A stretch of 64,000 nt of DNA from positions 128,001-192,000 of the forward strand of contig CAWJET010000001.1 in the NCBI GenBank assembly GCA_963842085.1. The letters run 5' to 3'. The DNA comes from an uncultured delta proteobacterium (lineage in GTDB: Bacteria; Desulfobacterota; Binatia; Binatales; Binataceae). The notes under the pieces are model-generated. The model was not told the DNA's origin and made no database searches. It saw only the letters and a program-made list of their open reading frames with translations. The first letter of the stretch is position 1. Every line of letters begins with the position of its first letter. Positions 41,242 through 52,061 of this stretch are shown one piece after another. A program made the position numbers and the translations under genes.

Positions 41242-41754
41242 CTACGGCCTGGGATTTCCTACGCGCTCATAATGCACCATCTCGGCCCGCGGTTTGAGCG
41301 GCCGCGCTTGCGGTGGATTCTGCGGGTCGCTGTAACCGAACGGCAAAATCGTGAAAATCGCCCATCCTTCCTTGACGCCGAGCAGCGCCCCAATCTTCGC
41401 GCCGTCAAAGTTGCCGACCCAGCACGTGCCGAGGCCTTCCGCCCACGCGGCGTTCGCCATGTTCTGCACCGACTGCGCGCAATCGACGTCGGCCCAGCGC
41501 GCGTTGGCGACGTCCTTGAGCACCACGATCGCCGACGGCGCCTGCGCCACGAAGCGGCCGGTCGAGCACAGCGCGCCAATCTCCTTCAACCTGTCGCGAT
41601 TTTGAATCACGACGAACTGCCACGGCTGCAGGTTGCGCGCGCTCATCGCATGACGCCCGGCCTCGACGATCTTCGAGAGTTTTTCGCGCTCGACCGGTTG
41701 GTCCGCAAACGCGCGCTGCACGCGGCGGGAAAGAATCGCTTCAAGAGCGTCCAT
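41242..41754 (-). CDS. Nitroreductase family protein
   Basis: AILSRR..R.F, SARNLQPWQFVV, QNM..AA...GLGTCWVG, PFGY. Confidence 0.92.
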   Translation of the reverse strand: MDALEAILSRRVQRAFADQPVEREKLSKIVEAGRHAMSARNLQPWQFVVIQNRDRLKEIGALCSTGRFVAQAPSAIVVLKDVANARWADVDCAQSVQNMANAAWAEGLGTCWVGNFDGAKIGALLGVKEGWAIFTILPFGYSDPQNPPQARPLKPRAEMVHYERVGNPRP

Positions 41755-41921
41755 CGATGGCGCCTCCGTCTGAAATTTCGTTCGTCAAGCAGACAGGAAA
41801 ACTTCTAGTATCAAGCGGCCGCCGAATCCAGTTCGATTCGCCGGGCTGGCCGTACAACATATTCCGCGTACGGTGTCTGCACCTCCTGCAACTCTCCAGG
41901 CAGGAGGCGGACCCACGAATT

Positions 41922-42066
41922 GTGTCTGTTGAGTGTCTGAGCCGAGCAAACCCGAACGCATGCGAGGGCCCCTCTATTCGGGAAACCCTCGCTCTTTCCG
42001 ATCCGATACGATACGAACCGTCGCCGTTAGAGCCCCCTGACCACCTCAGCAATCCGGTGCCTTCGA
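41922..42066. repeat. Non-coding structured repeat family D, copy 2
   Basis: Collinear with 27271-27413; extra hairpins at 41818-41912. Confidence 0.8.
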
Positions 42067-42095
42067 TCTGGAGGGGGAGCGCATGAAGTGATCCG

Positions 42096-42383
42096 TCAGC
42101 CGCGCTTGTATATCGAAAATTCCTGCTCGAGTTTCGCGATCCGCTCCTGGATCGATGGCAGGCGCTGCACGCCGAGGAAGAACTGTACCAGTTCGTCGTG
42201 GCCGGCCTGGCCGCCCGGGCTCATCACCTCGACCAACTCTTCAATCAGGCTCGGGAACTTTTCACTCGGGATGTAGTAGTTGGCCCATCCGAAGTTGCAA
42301 TGGCGATGCAGAATTTTCGCGATCGTCTTTTCCAGAAGCTCGCGCCGGCCGCCTGCGTGCTGTTGTTGGTTTTCGTTGTTCAA
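42096..42383 (-). CDS. Hypothetical protein
   Basis: TTG start with AGGAGA RBS; 95 aa with host-like codon usage. Confidence 0.65.
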   Translation of the reverse strand: MNNENQQQHAGGRRELLEKTIAKILHRHCNFGWANYYIPSEKFPSLIEELVEVMSPGGQAGHDELVQFFLGVQRLPSIQERIAKLEQEFSIYKRG

Positions 42384-42415
42384 TGAATGCTCTCCTGGTA
42401 CTGGTGTTGCCGCGG

Positions 42416-43307
42416 TCAAGCGCCCTTCTTCACCGGCGCGGGCGGCGGATCGCCGGCCCACAAAATCTTGTGGTAGTCGAACCGCATGTTCTCGATGATA
42501 TTGAATTTGATTATCTCGAAATAGGGCGAGAGATCGAAATCGCGCGGCGTGACCAGCGTCGGCGAGACCATCCTGAGTGCGCCGAATTGCAGCGCGCCGG
42601 TCGCCGCCTTCGAGCCTATCGACCACAGCTTGCGCTTCGGTACCGGCAGCGTCTCGGGCGGCAACTGCTCGTAGCTCGGCACGATCGGAAACTTCACGCG
42701 ATGAAACGACGACGCGATCACGCTCGAACATATCACGCGCGTCGGCTCGCCGCTGCCGAACTGCAGCGCCTGGCGGCGAAACCGCGCGGGCACCAGGCTC
42801 ACCGGCAGGAAGTAGCGCGCCAGATCGATCACGTTGCGCAGGTCGTAGGTATCGCCGACGCTGCCAATCGCCTCGTCCAGCACCTCGGCCAGGTCGGCCG
42901 TCGACAGGTTGAACGCCCGGCATAGGCGAATGTTGAAATCGCGATATTTGGCGAGCGGCGAGAGCACGACGCCCGTCTCGATGGTCGCCTCGACCACCAG
43001 AAAGTCCGCCTCCTCGCCGTATTGCGCGACCAGCGACGCCTTCAGCTCAGGATTGCGCCGAATCGGAGACGTACAACGCCGAGTGTGACCACGAGCTTTG
43101 CGTCAGGTACTTGATGCATTCGCTGACGCGCTCGTTTCCTTCCACCAAAATCACATCGCCTTTGCGGATGTGACGCTTGAGCGCGGCAATGTCGTTGGGG
43201 ATGTGGAGCGCGTAGCTCTTGAGCGGCTTGGTGAGCAGACCGACGGCCCAATCGCTTATCCAGTCCAGCAACCGAGAAAAGATCCCCGATTTTCTGCGCC
43301 GAGCCAT
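42416..43307 (-). pseudogene. YiiX/YebB-like permuted papain amidase, frameshifted near 43065
   Basis: GDVILVEG..RVS..IKYLTQSSWSHSALY, then a second frame with VEA, YDL, ICSS.IA..F, TPRDFDLSPYF.I.K. Confidence 0.82.
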
Positions 43308-43409
43308 CCAAGCCTCGCAAAATCCGCGATTGTGGCAAGCCGCGGACCTGCTCTGAATGAATATAAGAACCCCCAGCACCGCGAAACAAGGACGCGTCGA
43401 AGCTCGGGT

Positions 43410-44465
43410 TCAGGTCTTAAACTGGCCCACGATCGCGTAAAACGGCACGTTCAGCGTCGCCTGGTCCGGGTCGTCGGTCTTTATCGTCAAATTCCCACGC
43501 AGTTGCCCATCGGGCGTGCCATGCCTCAGCGTGACGGTCACCTTGTATTCCCGGCCCGGCGTGACCGGTTCTGCCACCGCACCGACGGCCGGGCTGCTGC
43601 TCGCCACCTCGAGCACCTTTACCGGATGCGGCCCCTGGTTGCTCAGCTTGAAAATTCTAACGATGTCCTGGCCGTGCGGAACGATACCGAACGAAACCTG
43701 CGCGGGATCGACATTCAAGTCGCCCGTCACCGTTCCGAAGACATCAACCTGCAGCGGCACGCGATTGGTGGTGACCTTGATGGTGTCGTCGAACGGTCCC
43801 ACCGGCATCGTCTTCAGCAGCGAGACTTTCAGCAGCGCGCCCGGCTTGCCGTCGGGGCGCTTCTCCTGCACCACTTTGATCGAGGAATTCGAGTTGCTCA
43901 GCGGACCGACCGAGAACGGCCCGGGCACCGGGTAGAGATCGTTGATCAACACCTCCCTGGTGTCTTCGGTCCCCTTCTTCACGTTGCCGAACGAGACTTC
44001 GCTCGGCTGCGCCTGGACCTGCTGCTTGATGATCCCCTGCATCGTCATCGCGACTTGCGGGTTGTCGGGATCGTTGGTGAAGGCGGTGATCGTGCGGACC
44101 TGGTGCCCCTTCTGGAAGTGGGTGTCGAACGCGACGTCGATATCGCTCGTATCGCCCGGCGCCACATGCATCTTCGTCGGACTTCCCGTGGTGCATCCGC
44201 ATGAAGTCTTCACGCCGCGAATATCAAGGTAGCCCTGGCCGGTGTTCTTGATCGTGAAGGTGTGCTTGACCATCGTGCCTTCAAGCGCGGTGCCGAAATC
44301 GTAGAGCGGGTTTGTAACCGCCGCCTTCGGCTCGTGCCCTGGAGGCGCGCTGTTGCCGCCGGGAATCAGCGGGTTCATGCTGTCCTGCGCGACCGCCGGC
44401 ACGCACATCAGCAACCCGAAGATCAGTGCAAGAAACGATAGTTTGATTATTTTCAGGTTGGTCAT
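43410..44465 (-). CDS. DUF1573 domain-containing exported protein
   Basis: YDFG, F..KNTG...L.I..V.TSCGCT, TNDP.NP, followed by further Ig-like repeats. Confidence 0.88.
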   Translation of the reverse strand: MTNLKIIKLSFLALIFGLLMCVPAVAQDSMNPLIPGGNSAPPGHEPKAAVTNPLYDFGTALEGTMVKHTFTIKNTGQGYLDIRGVKTSCGCTTGSPTKMHVAPGDTSDIDVAFDTHFQKGHQVRTITAFTNDPDNPQVAMTMQGIIKQQVQAQPSEVSFGNVKKGTEDTREVLINDLYPVPGPFSVGPLSNSNSSIKVVQEKRPDGKPGALLKVSLLKTMPVGPFDDTIKVTTNRVPLQVDVFGTVTGDLNVDPAQVSFGIVPHGQDIVRIFKLSNQGPHPVKVLEVASSSPAVGAVAEPVTPGREYKVTVTLRHGTPDGQLRGNLTIKTDDPDQATLNVPFYAIVGQFKT

Positions 44466-44533
44466 AAGACTCGGCGTTGAGGCTAACCCGCCTCGCCACC
44501 CAACTATATCAAGCATGGCGCGGAACGTTGCGG

Positions 44534-45919
<1,386 letters not shown>

Positions 45920-45938
45920 CGGCGAGCGCTCCGCCCTG

Positions 45939-46436
45939 TCAGATCACTTCGATGATCATCAAGGGTTGACCGTACTCTATCGGATTTCCGTTCTCCGCGA
46001 GGACCCTTACCACCCGCCCCGCTGCCGGCGATTCGATCTCGTTCATCATCTTCATCGCCTCGATAATGCACAGCGGCTGCCCCTTGCGCACCGACGAGCC
46101 CTCTTCCACGAACGGCGCCGCGTCCGGCGATGCGGCCCGGTAAAACGTGCCCACCATCGGGCTCTCGATCAATTTCTGATTCGGCGCCAGGTCGACTTTG
46201 CCGGCCGCCTTCGATCCTTCCTCCGCCGTCGCCTCCACGTGCCGCGTCGCCATCTTGATCGGCGAGGCCGCGCGGGCCGCGATGTGCGCCTCCGCGCCGG
46301 CCTCGGTCTCGTCCATCGACGCGCGACCGCCGCCGCGCACCAGCCGCACCTTGCCTTTCTTGTCTTCGATCTCGAGTTCAACCAGCCCGTAGTCGCGCAT
46401 CAGGACCAGCAGGGCTTTCAGTTCGCGTACTTCCAT
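45939..46436 (-). CDS. accB: Biotin carboxyl carrier protein
   Basis: [25 protein letters not shown]. Confidence 0.95.
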   Translation of the reverse strand: MEVRELKALLVLMRDYGLVELEIEDKKGKVRLVRGGGRASMDETEAGAEAHIAARAASPIKMATRHVEATAEEGSKAAGKVDLAPNQKLIESPMVGTFYRAASPDAAPFVEEGSSVRKGQPLCIIEAMKMMNEIESPAAGRVVRVLAENGNPIEYGQPLMIIEVI

Positions 46437-46501
46437 CTGCTCTCCGTGTCTTGCCGAGAGGGCGGCCCGCCTGCGCGCTTGCTCGTTGCCCGCCATGGCG
46501 A

Positions 46502-47020
46502 TCACCCGCTCCGTCGGCGCGACTCCTCGGCCATCGTGCGCGCCGCTCTGAGAGCCAGGCTGTAACTCTCGGCGCCAAATCCCATGATTCGGCCGTGCGC
46601 GATATCCGCAATCGTCGAATGATGCCTGAACGGCTCACGCCGATACACGTTGGACAGATGCACCTCGATCACCGGAATATTCACGGCCGCTATCGCGTCG
46701 CGAATCGCAACGCTGGTGTGGGTGTATGCGCCAGGGTTGATCAATAACACGTCGCACTTGCCGCGCGCTTGCTGAATCCGATCGACAATGCCGCCCTCGC
46801 TGTTCGACTGAAACGTCTCGACCTTCATTTCCAGCTCGCGTCCCAGTTGCTTGAGTTCCGTGTTGATGTCAGCCAGCCGGGTCCGGCCGTAAACCTCGGG
46901 CTCGCGTTCGCCGAGCAAATTCAGGTTGGGGCCATGGACTACGAGCACGGCAATTGGCCGGTTCGCGCCTCTCTCGGCGGCTTCGCCAGCCTTTTGCCGG
47001 GCCTTAGCCCTCATCGCCAT
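46502..47020 (-). CDS. aroQ: Type II 3-dehydroquinate dehydratase
   Basis: [41 protein letters not shown]. Confidence 0.95.
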   Translation of the reverse strand: MAMRAKARQKAGEAAERGANRPIAVLVVHGPNLNLLGEREPEVYGRTRLADINTELKQLGRELEMKVETFQSNSEGGIVDRIQQARGKCDVLLINPGAYTHTSVAIRDAIAAVNIPVIEVHLSNVYRREPFRHHSTIADIAHGRIMGFGAESYSLALRAARTMAEESRRRSG

Positions 47021-47099
47021 CCCAAACCCCGCTCCTCGCACTCATTGAACCGCACCCTCAGAGCGACTGCAAGCGCGGGCATCGGATGCTGTCCACCGG

Positions 47100-47999
47100 T
47101 CAGTCATCACTCGAGTCATCGTCGCGCGATTTGAGCGCATCCTGGTACACTTCGCGACGGCCCATCCCCGTAAGCCGCGCTACGACCGCGCTCGCCTGCT
47201 TCAGCCCAAGGCCAGCCTCACGCAGGACGTCGAGCGCTTCGCGCACGTCAATCGTGACCACCCCTGCGTCGGCGCCTCCGCTCTTCGCATCCTGCGGCGA
47301 ACCCGCAACGACGATCACGATCTCTCCCAGCGCGGGCGTCGCACGAAACCGCCGTTCCAGCTCGCCCAGCGTCCCGCGAATCGTCCGCTCGAAAGTCTTG
47401 GTGATTTCGCAGACAACCGCCGCGTCCCGCGATTCTCCGAATGCGGTCGCCATCGCGCCCAGCGTATCCGCGAGCCTGCGCGCCGCCTCGTAGAACACCA
47501 TCGTGCGCGGCTCGCGACGCAGTTCATCGAGCGCGCTGCGCCGCGCCGCGTCGCGCGCCGGGATAAATCCCTCGAACATGAACCTGTCGGTCGGGATTCC
47601 GGCAATCGAAAGCGCCGCGACTGCGGCCGACGCTCCCGGCACCGCCATTACGGGCACATTGGCCTCCAACGCCGCGCGCACCAGCCGAAAGCCGGGATCG
47701 GAAATCGCCGGCGTACCCGCATCGGTGACGAGCGCGATTTTTTCGCCCGCCTTCAGCCTCGCGATCAGTTCCGGCACGCGCCGCTCCTCGTTATGCGCGA
47801 AATGGCTGACCGTCGGCGTGCCGATCTGATGGCGCGCGAGCATCTGCCCGGTCCGCCGCGTGTCCTCGCAAGCAATCAGGCTGACTTCGCTGAGCGTGCG
47901 GATTGCCCGCGACGAAATGTCGTCGGGATTGCCGATTGGTGTCGCGACTACATACAAAATGCCGCCGGCCGCGGTTTGTCTATTGGTTCGAGCGGACAT
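47100..47999 (-). CDS. rsmI: 16S rRNA (C1402-2'-O)-methyltransferase
   Basis: LYVVATPIGN..DI, CEDTRRT, DAGTPAISDPG, PGASA, FYE...R. Confidence 0.95.
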   Translation of the reverse strand: MSARTNRQTAAGGILYVVATPIGNPDDISSRAIRTLSEVSLIACEDTRRTGQMLARHQIGTPTVSHFAHNEERRVPELIARLKAGEKIALVTDAGTPAISDPGFRLVRAALEANVPVMAVPGASAAVAALSIAGIPTDRFMFEGFIPARDAARRSALDELRREPRTMVFYEAARRLADTLGAMATAFGESRDAAVVCEITKTFERTIRGTLGELERRFRATPALGEIVIVVAGSPQDAKSGGADAGVVTIDVREALDVLREAGLGLKQASAVVARLTGMGRREVYQDALKSRDDDSSDD

Positions 48000-48037
48000 T
48001 ACAATTCAAATGACTATTCGCCCCCGGAGCAATCAGC

Positions 48038-48901
48038 GTGGCCGCAGGCAAAGCTACTCTCCTCATCTCATGCATCGACCGCCCCGGCATCATAGCCCGG
48101 GTCGCCACCCACTTGTTCACGCTCGGCTGCAATATTATCACCTCCGACCAGTACTCCGACGACGAGGACGGCCACTTCTTCTGGCGCATCCACTTCGAAA
48201 GCTCGCGCCGCCCCATTAGCGAGCTGTCCAAGGATCTCGACGCATCGATGCCGTCGCTGCTGCCGTGGGAACGCCTGAAGTGGGCTCTGTTCGACGCCGC
48301 CAAGCGTGACCGCATTGTCATCATGGTCTCGCGCCTGCCGCACTGCATGATGGATCTGTTGAGCCGCCATCATGTCGGTGAGCTCGACGGCGACGTGGTC
48401 GGCGTCGTCAGCAACCATCCCGACCTCGAACCGCTTGCGCGCCCGTTCGAGGTTCCGTTCACCGTGATTCCGGTCCTGACAGAGCGCAAGGCCGAAGCCG
48501 AAGCCGTACTCGTAAAGCATCTCACCGAGCTGCGCGCCGACACCGTCGTCCTCGCGCGCTACATGCAGGTGCTGTCGGGCGATTTTCTCCGCGCGTGGAG
48601 CAAGCCGATCGTCAACATTCACCACAGCTTCCTGCCCGCATTCGCCGGCCAGCGGCCGCACAAGCAAGCACACGACCGCGGCGTGAAACTAATCGGTGCA
48701 ACCGCGCATTACGTGACCGAGGACCTCGACGCCGGGCCGATAATTGGCCAAGCCACCGCCCCGATGACCCATCGCGACACCGTCGCCGACCTCGCCCGCA
48801 AGGGCAAGGATCTCGAAGTGACGGTGTTAGCCAAGGCCCTGCGCGCCCACCTGAAAAAGCAGGTGCTACTACACCACAACCGCACGATCGTCTTCGAGTA
48901 A
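48038..48901 (+). CDS. purU: Formyltetrahydrofolate deformylase
   Basis: ACT domain C.DRPGI, VLARYMQVLS, NIHHSFLPAF.G, GVKLIGATAHYVT.DLD.GPII. Confidence 0.95.
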   Translation: MAAGKATLLISCIDRPGIIARVATHLFTLGCNIITSDQYSDDEDGHFFWRIHFESSRRPISELSKDLDASMPSLLPWERLKWALFDAAKRDRIVIMVSRLPHCMMDLLSRHHVGELDGDVVGVVSNHPDLEPLARPFEVPFTVIPVLTERKAEAEAVLVKHLTELRADTVVLARYMQVLSGDFLRAWSKPIVNIHHSFLPAFAGQRPHKQAHDRGVKLIGATAHYVTEDLDAGPIIGQATAPMTHRDTVADLARKGKDLEVTVLAKALRAHLKKQVLLHHNRTIVFE

Positions 48902-48915
48902 ACACAGCCTCTATA

Positions 48916-48987
48916 TGTCATTCTGAGTGTAGACTGCCGCAGCAAAGAATCCCGGATCCGGGTTCCTTCGCTACGCTCAGGATGACA
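48916..48987. repeat. Empty REP-like family B inverted doublet (REPIN-like)
   Basis: tgtcattctgag...aagaatcccggatccgggttccttcg...ctcaggatgaca, a palindrome centred on GGATCC, between convergent purU and nuoN. Confidence 0.85.
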
Positions 48988-49004
48988 CAAAAAGCCGGAA
49001 CTGA

Positions 49005-50492
49005 TTACGTCGGGCCGGTAAAGAAACTCAACGACCGGTTCGCGAACGAGATAATCGGCGACCAGTACAGCCCGAACACGATCGTGGCGCAGGCCAGCAC
49101 TCCCATCAGCCCGTAATTCCATCCATCGAAGCGCACCGTGCCTTCGTCGCCGCGCGGCTGCTCGAAGAACATCATCCGAATCGGTTTCAAGTAATAATAC
49201 AAAGACACTACTGAATTGAGTATTCCAACAATAGCCAGTATGTAGAACTGCCCGCGAATCACCGCCGCAAACAAGTAGAATTTTCCTATGAAACCGACGG
49301 TCAACGGAATACCAGTCAACGAAAAAAGAAATATAGTCAGCGCGACCGCCGGCACGATTCCACCGCGCCACGCCAGCCCGCGATATGCCTCGACGTCCTC
49401 GCGCCCGGTCGAGTTCGCCACGATCATCACGACCAGGAAAGCGCCCGCATCCATTACGTAGTAGGCAAACAGGTAGAACAGCATCGCGCGAATCCCGTCA
49501 TTCGACAGCACCACGAATCCCATCAGCGCGTATCCTGCCTGCGCGATACTCGAGTACGCCAGCAGCCGCTTCATGTTGGTCTGCTGCAGCGCGGCAAGGT
49601 TGCCGAGCGTCATCGTGATGATGCAAACGAATAGGAGCAGTTGCGGCCAATCGACGCCCGTCAGCGCCACCCAGCTCCCGCCCGCCGCCAGATGCGAAAT
49701 CGCCGGAAAGAAAAAGCGCGTCAGCAGCGCAAAGCCGGCCGCCTTCGACCCGATCGCGAGAAACGTCGTGATCGGAATCGGCGCGCCCGTGTATACGTCG
49801 GGCGCCCACATGTGAAACGGCACCGACGCCACCTTGTAGCCCATCCCAGTCAAGATCAGCACCAGCGCGATAAACACCGCGAGCACCGGCAGATGCGCGG
49901 GCGTCGAGAGCGCTTTATTGATCAGGCTGAAGTCGAGCGAGCCGGTGATTCCGAAAATCCAGCTCATGCCGTAGATCATCGTGCCCGACGCGACGCCGCC
50001 GTAAATCAGGTACTTCAGCGCGGCTTCGAGCGAGCGCCGGTTATGCCGCAGAAAACCCGTCAGGATGTACGACGTCAGGCTGACGAACTCCAGCGCCAGG
50101 TATGCCATCAGCAGGTTCGCCGACTCCGCCATCAGAAACATCGCAAACGTGCTCGCCAGCAATATCGCGTAGTATTCGCCCTGGTCGCAGTTCTTCACTT
50201 CCTCCGAGCCGATCGACATCCAGATAGCCACCACCGCGGCCAGCGCGATCAGCGCACGGAAGTAAATCGCGAACGAATCGAACACCAGCATCCGATGGAA
50301 CAGCCACGCACCAGACGAGTCCGGCTCCAGCCCAATCGCCACCAGCGACGCCGCAGCCACTATCAGAGCCAGCGCGCCGAGTCGCGACTTGTCGCTCACC
50401 GCCAGGTCGATGATCACGATCGCCAGGACTCCGCCGACCAGGATCATCTCCGGGACGAAATGCCCCAGGCTCGCGAGGTTTCCGAGATCCAT
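49005..50492 (-). CDS. nuoN: NADH-quinone oxidoreductase subunit N
   Basis: EAALKY, GYKVASVPFHMWAPDVYTGAP, KRLLAYSSI. Confidence 0.95.
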   Translation of the reverse strand: MDLGNLASLGHFVPEMILVGGVLAIVIIDLAVSDKSRLGALALIVAAASLVAIGLEPDSSGAWLFHRMLVFDSFAIYFRALIALAAVVAIWMSIGSEEVKNCDQGEYYAILLASTFAMFLMAESANLLMAYLALEFVSLTSYILTGFLRHNRRSLEAALKYLIYGGVASGTMIYGMSWIFGITGSLDFSLINKALSTPAHLPVLAVFIALVLILTGMGYKVASVPFHMWAPDVYTGAPIPITTFLAIGSKAAGFALLTRFFFPAISHLAAGGSWVALTGVDWPQLLLFVCIITMTLGNLAALQQTNMKRLLAYSSIAQAGYALMGFVVLSNDGIRAMLFYLFAYYVMDAGAFLVVMIVANSTGREDVEAYRGLAWRGGIVPAVALTIFLFSLTGIPLTVGFIGKFYLFAAVIRGQFYILAIVGILNSVVSLYYYLKPIRMMFFEQPRGDEGTVRFDGWNYGLMGVLACATIVFGLYWSPIISFANRSLSFFTGPT

Positions 50493-50509
50493 CTAATTCC
50501 TGCTGCGTC

Positions 50510-52009
50510 TCAGCGAACCATCGCGACCGCTGCGCCCGAAGTCGAAAGCACAACCTGGTTAAGATGAACCAGCGAGGTGTTGAGCAATCCCAGAATCGCG
50601 TGCGGATAAACTCCGAGTATCAGCACGATCACGCCCAGCGGCACCAGCGTGAACGCCTCACGAAACGACAGATCGGAGAAGCCTTTGTACTTCTCATTCA
50701 ACGGTCCAAGGTAGATTCGCTGGAAGGTCCACAGCAGGTAGCCCGCCGTCAGAATCGCCGTCGCGGCGCCGAATGCGACCATCAGCGGATGCGTCTGCCA
50801 TGCGCCGATCAGCACCAGCACTTCCGAAATAAATGCCGACATCCCCGGCAGTCCCATGCCCGCGAAAAACGCGAAGCCTGTCATCGCTGTGTATATCGGC
50901 ATCTGTTGAGCCAGGCCCCCGAAACCGTTTATCTCGCGATGGTGCGCACGATCGTAAATCACGCCGACCAAAATAAAGAGCATCGCGGTGATAGTCCCGT
51001 GATTGAACATCTGCAGCACTGCGCCGTTGATCCCCGCCGCCGTGAACGCCGCCAGCCCGAGCATCACGTAACCCATGTGGCTAATCGACGAATACGCAAT
51101 CAGCTTCTTATAGTCAGTCTGCGCCATCGCGCACATCGCGCCGTATACTATGTTGATAGTGCCGATCACTCCAAGGAACAGCCACGCAAGCTGGTAGCTG
51201 GCGGCCGGCAGTACCGCAAAATTGACGCGCAGAATACCGTAAGTGCCCATTTTCAGCAGCACACCCGCAAGAATCACCGAAATCGCCGTCGGCGCCTCGA
51301 CGTGCGCGTCGGGCAACCAGGTATGGAACGGGAACGCCGGAATCTTGATTGCGAACCCGATAAACAGCGCGATCCATACTATTCGTTGAAACCCGATTGA
51401 GTAATGACTCGAATTCGCGGCCAGCTCGGTCAAGTCAAACGTAGGAGTCGCGCCGTAGTAATATAGTCCGAGCATCGCCAGCAGAATTAGTACGGAACCG
51501 AGCAGTGTGTAGAGAAAGAATTTGATCGCCGCGTACTCGCGCCGCGGCCCGCCCCAGATGCCGATTAGAAAATACATCGGCAGCAGCATCACTTCCCAGA
51601 AAATATAGAACAGGAAGAAATCGAGCGACACGAACACGCCCATCATTCCCGTGTCGAGCATCAGCAGCATCGCGTAGTAGCCCTTTTCCGCCCGATTTAT
51701 GCCGAAACTCGCGAACACCGAGATAAACATGATCAACGCCGTCAACAGCACCATCGAGATGCTGATCCCGTCCACGCCGATTAAGTAGCTAATGTGGTAC
51801 GAGGGCATCCACGACGCTTTCTCGGCGAACTGCACGGCGCTGGTCGTCGTGTCGAAGTTCTCGTACAGGTAAAGCGCGATCAGCAGTTGCGGTATCGTCG
51901 CCAGCGCCGCGATCCACTTGAATGCGGGCTTCATCGAGTCGGGCAGCGCCAGTATCAGCACCGTCCCGGCGATCGGAACAAAGGTTATCAGCGTAAGCGC
52001 GTGACTCAT
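50510..52009 (-). CDS. nuoM: NADH-quinone oxidoreductase subunit M
   Basis: GVDGIS, FWEVMLLPMY, PFHTWLPDAHVEAPT, LKMGTYG. Confidence 0.95.
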   Translation of the reverse strand: MSHALTLITFVPIAGTVLILALPDSMKPAFKWIAALATIPQLLIALYLYENFDTTTSAVQFAEKASWMPSYHISYLIGVDGISISMVLLTALIMFISVFASFGINRAEKGYYAMLLMLDTGMMGVFVSLDFFLFYIFWEVMLLPMYFLIGIWGGPRREYAAIKFFLYTLLGSVLILLAMLGLYYYGATPTFDLTELAANSSHYSIGFQRIVWIALFIGFAIKIPAFPFHTWLPDAHVEAPTAISVILAGVLLKMGTYGILRVNFAVLPAASYQLAWLFLGVIGTINIVYGAMCAMAQTDYKKLIAYSSISHMGYVMLGLAAFTAAGINGAVLQMFNHGTITAMLFILVGVIYDRAHHREINGFGGLAQQMPIYTAMTGFAFFAGMGLPGMSAFISEVLVLIGAWQTHPLMVAFGAATAILTAGYLLWTFQRIYLGPLNEKYKGFSDLSFREAFTLVPLGVIVLILGVYPHAILGLLNTSLVHLNQVVLSTSGAAVAMVR

Positions 52010-52061
52010 TTCAGTTTCGCTCTTTCCCGTTTGGCTTGAATTGGCGCCGCCGCCGAATCCG

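Noticed and set aside
41818-42066. Cobalamin riboswitch upstream of the pduO operon
   Set aside because: No AGGGAA/GCCACTG/B12-box motifs on either strand.
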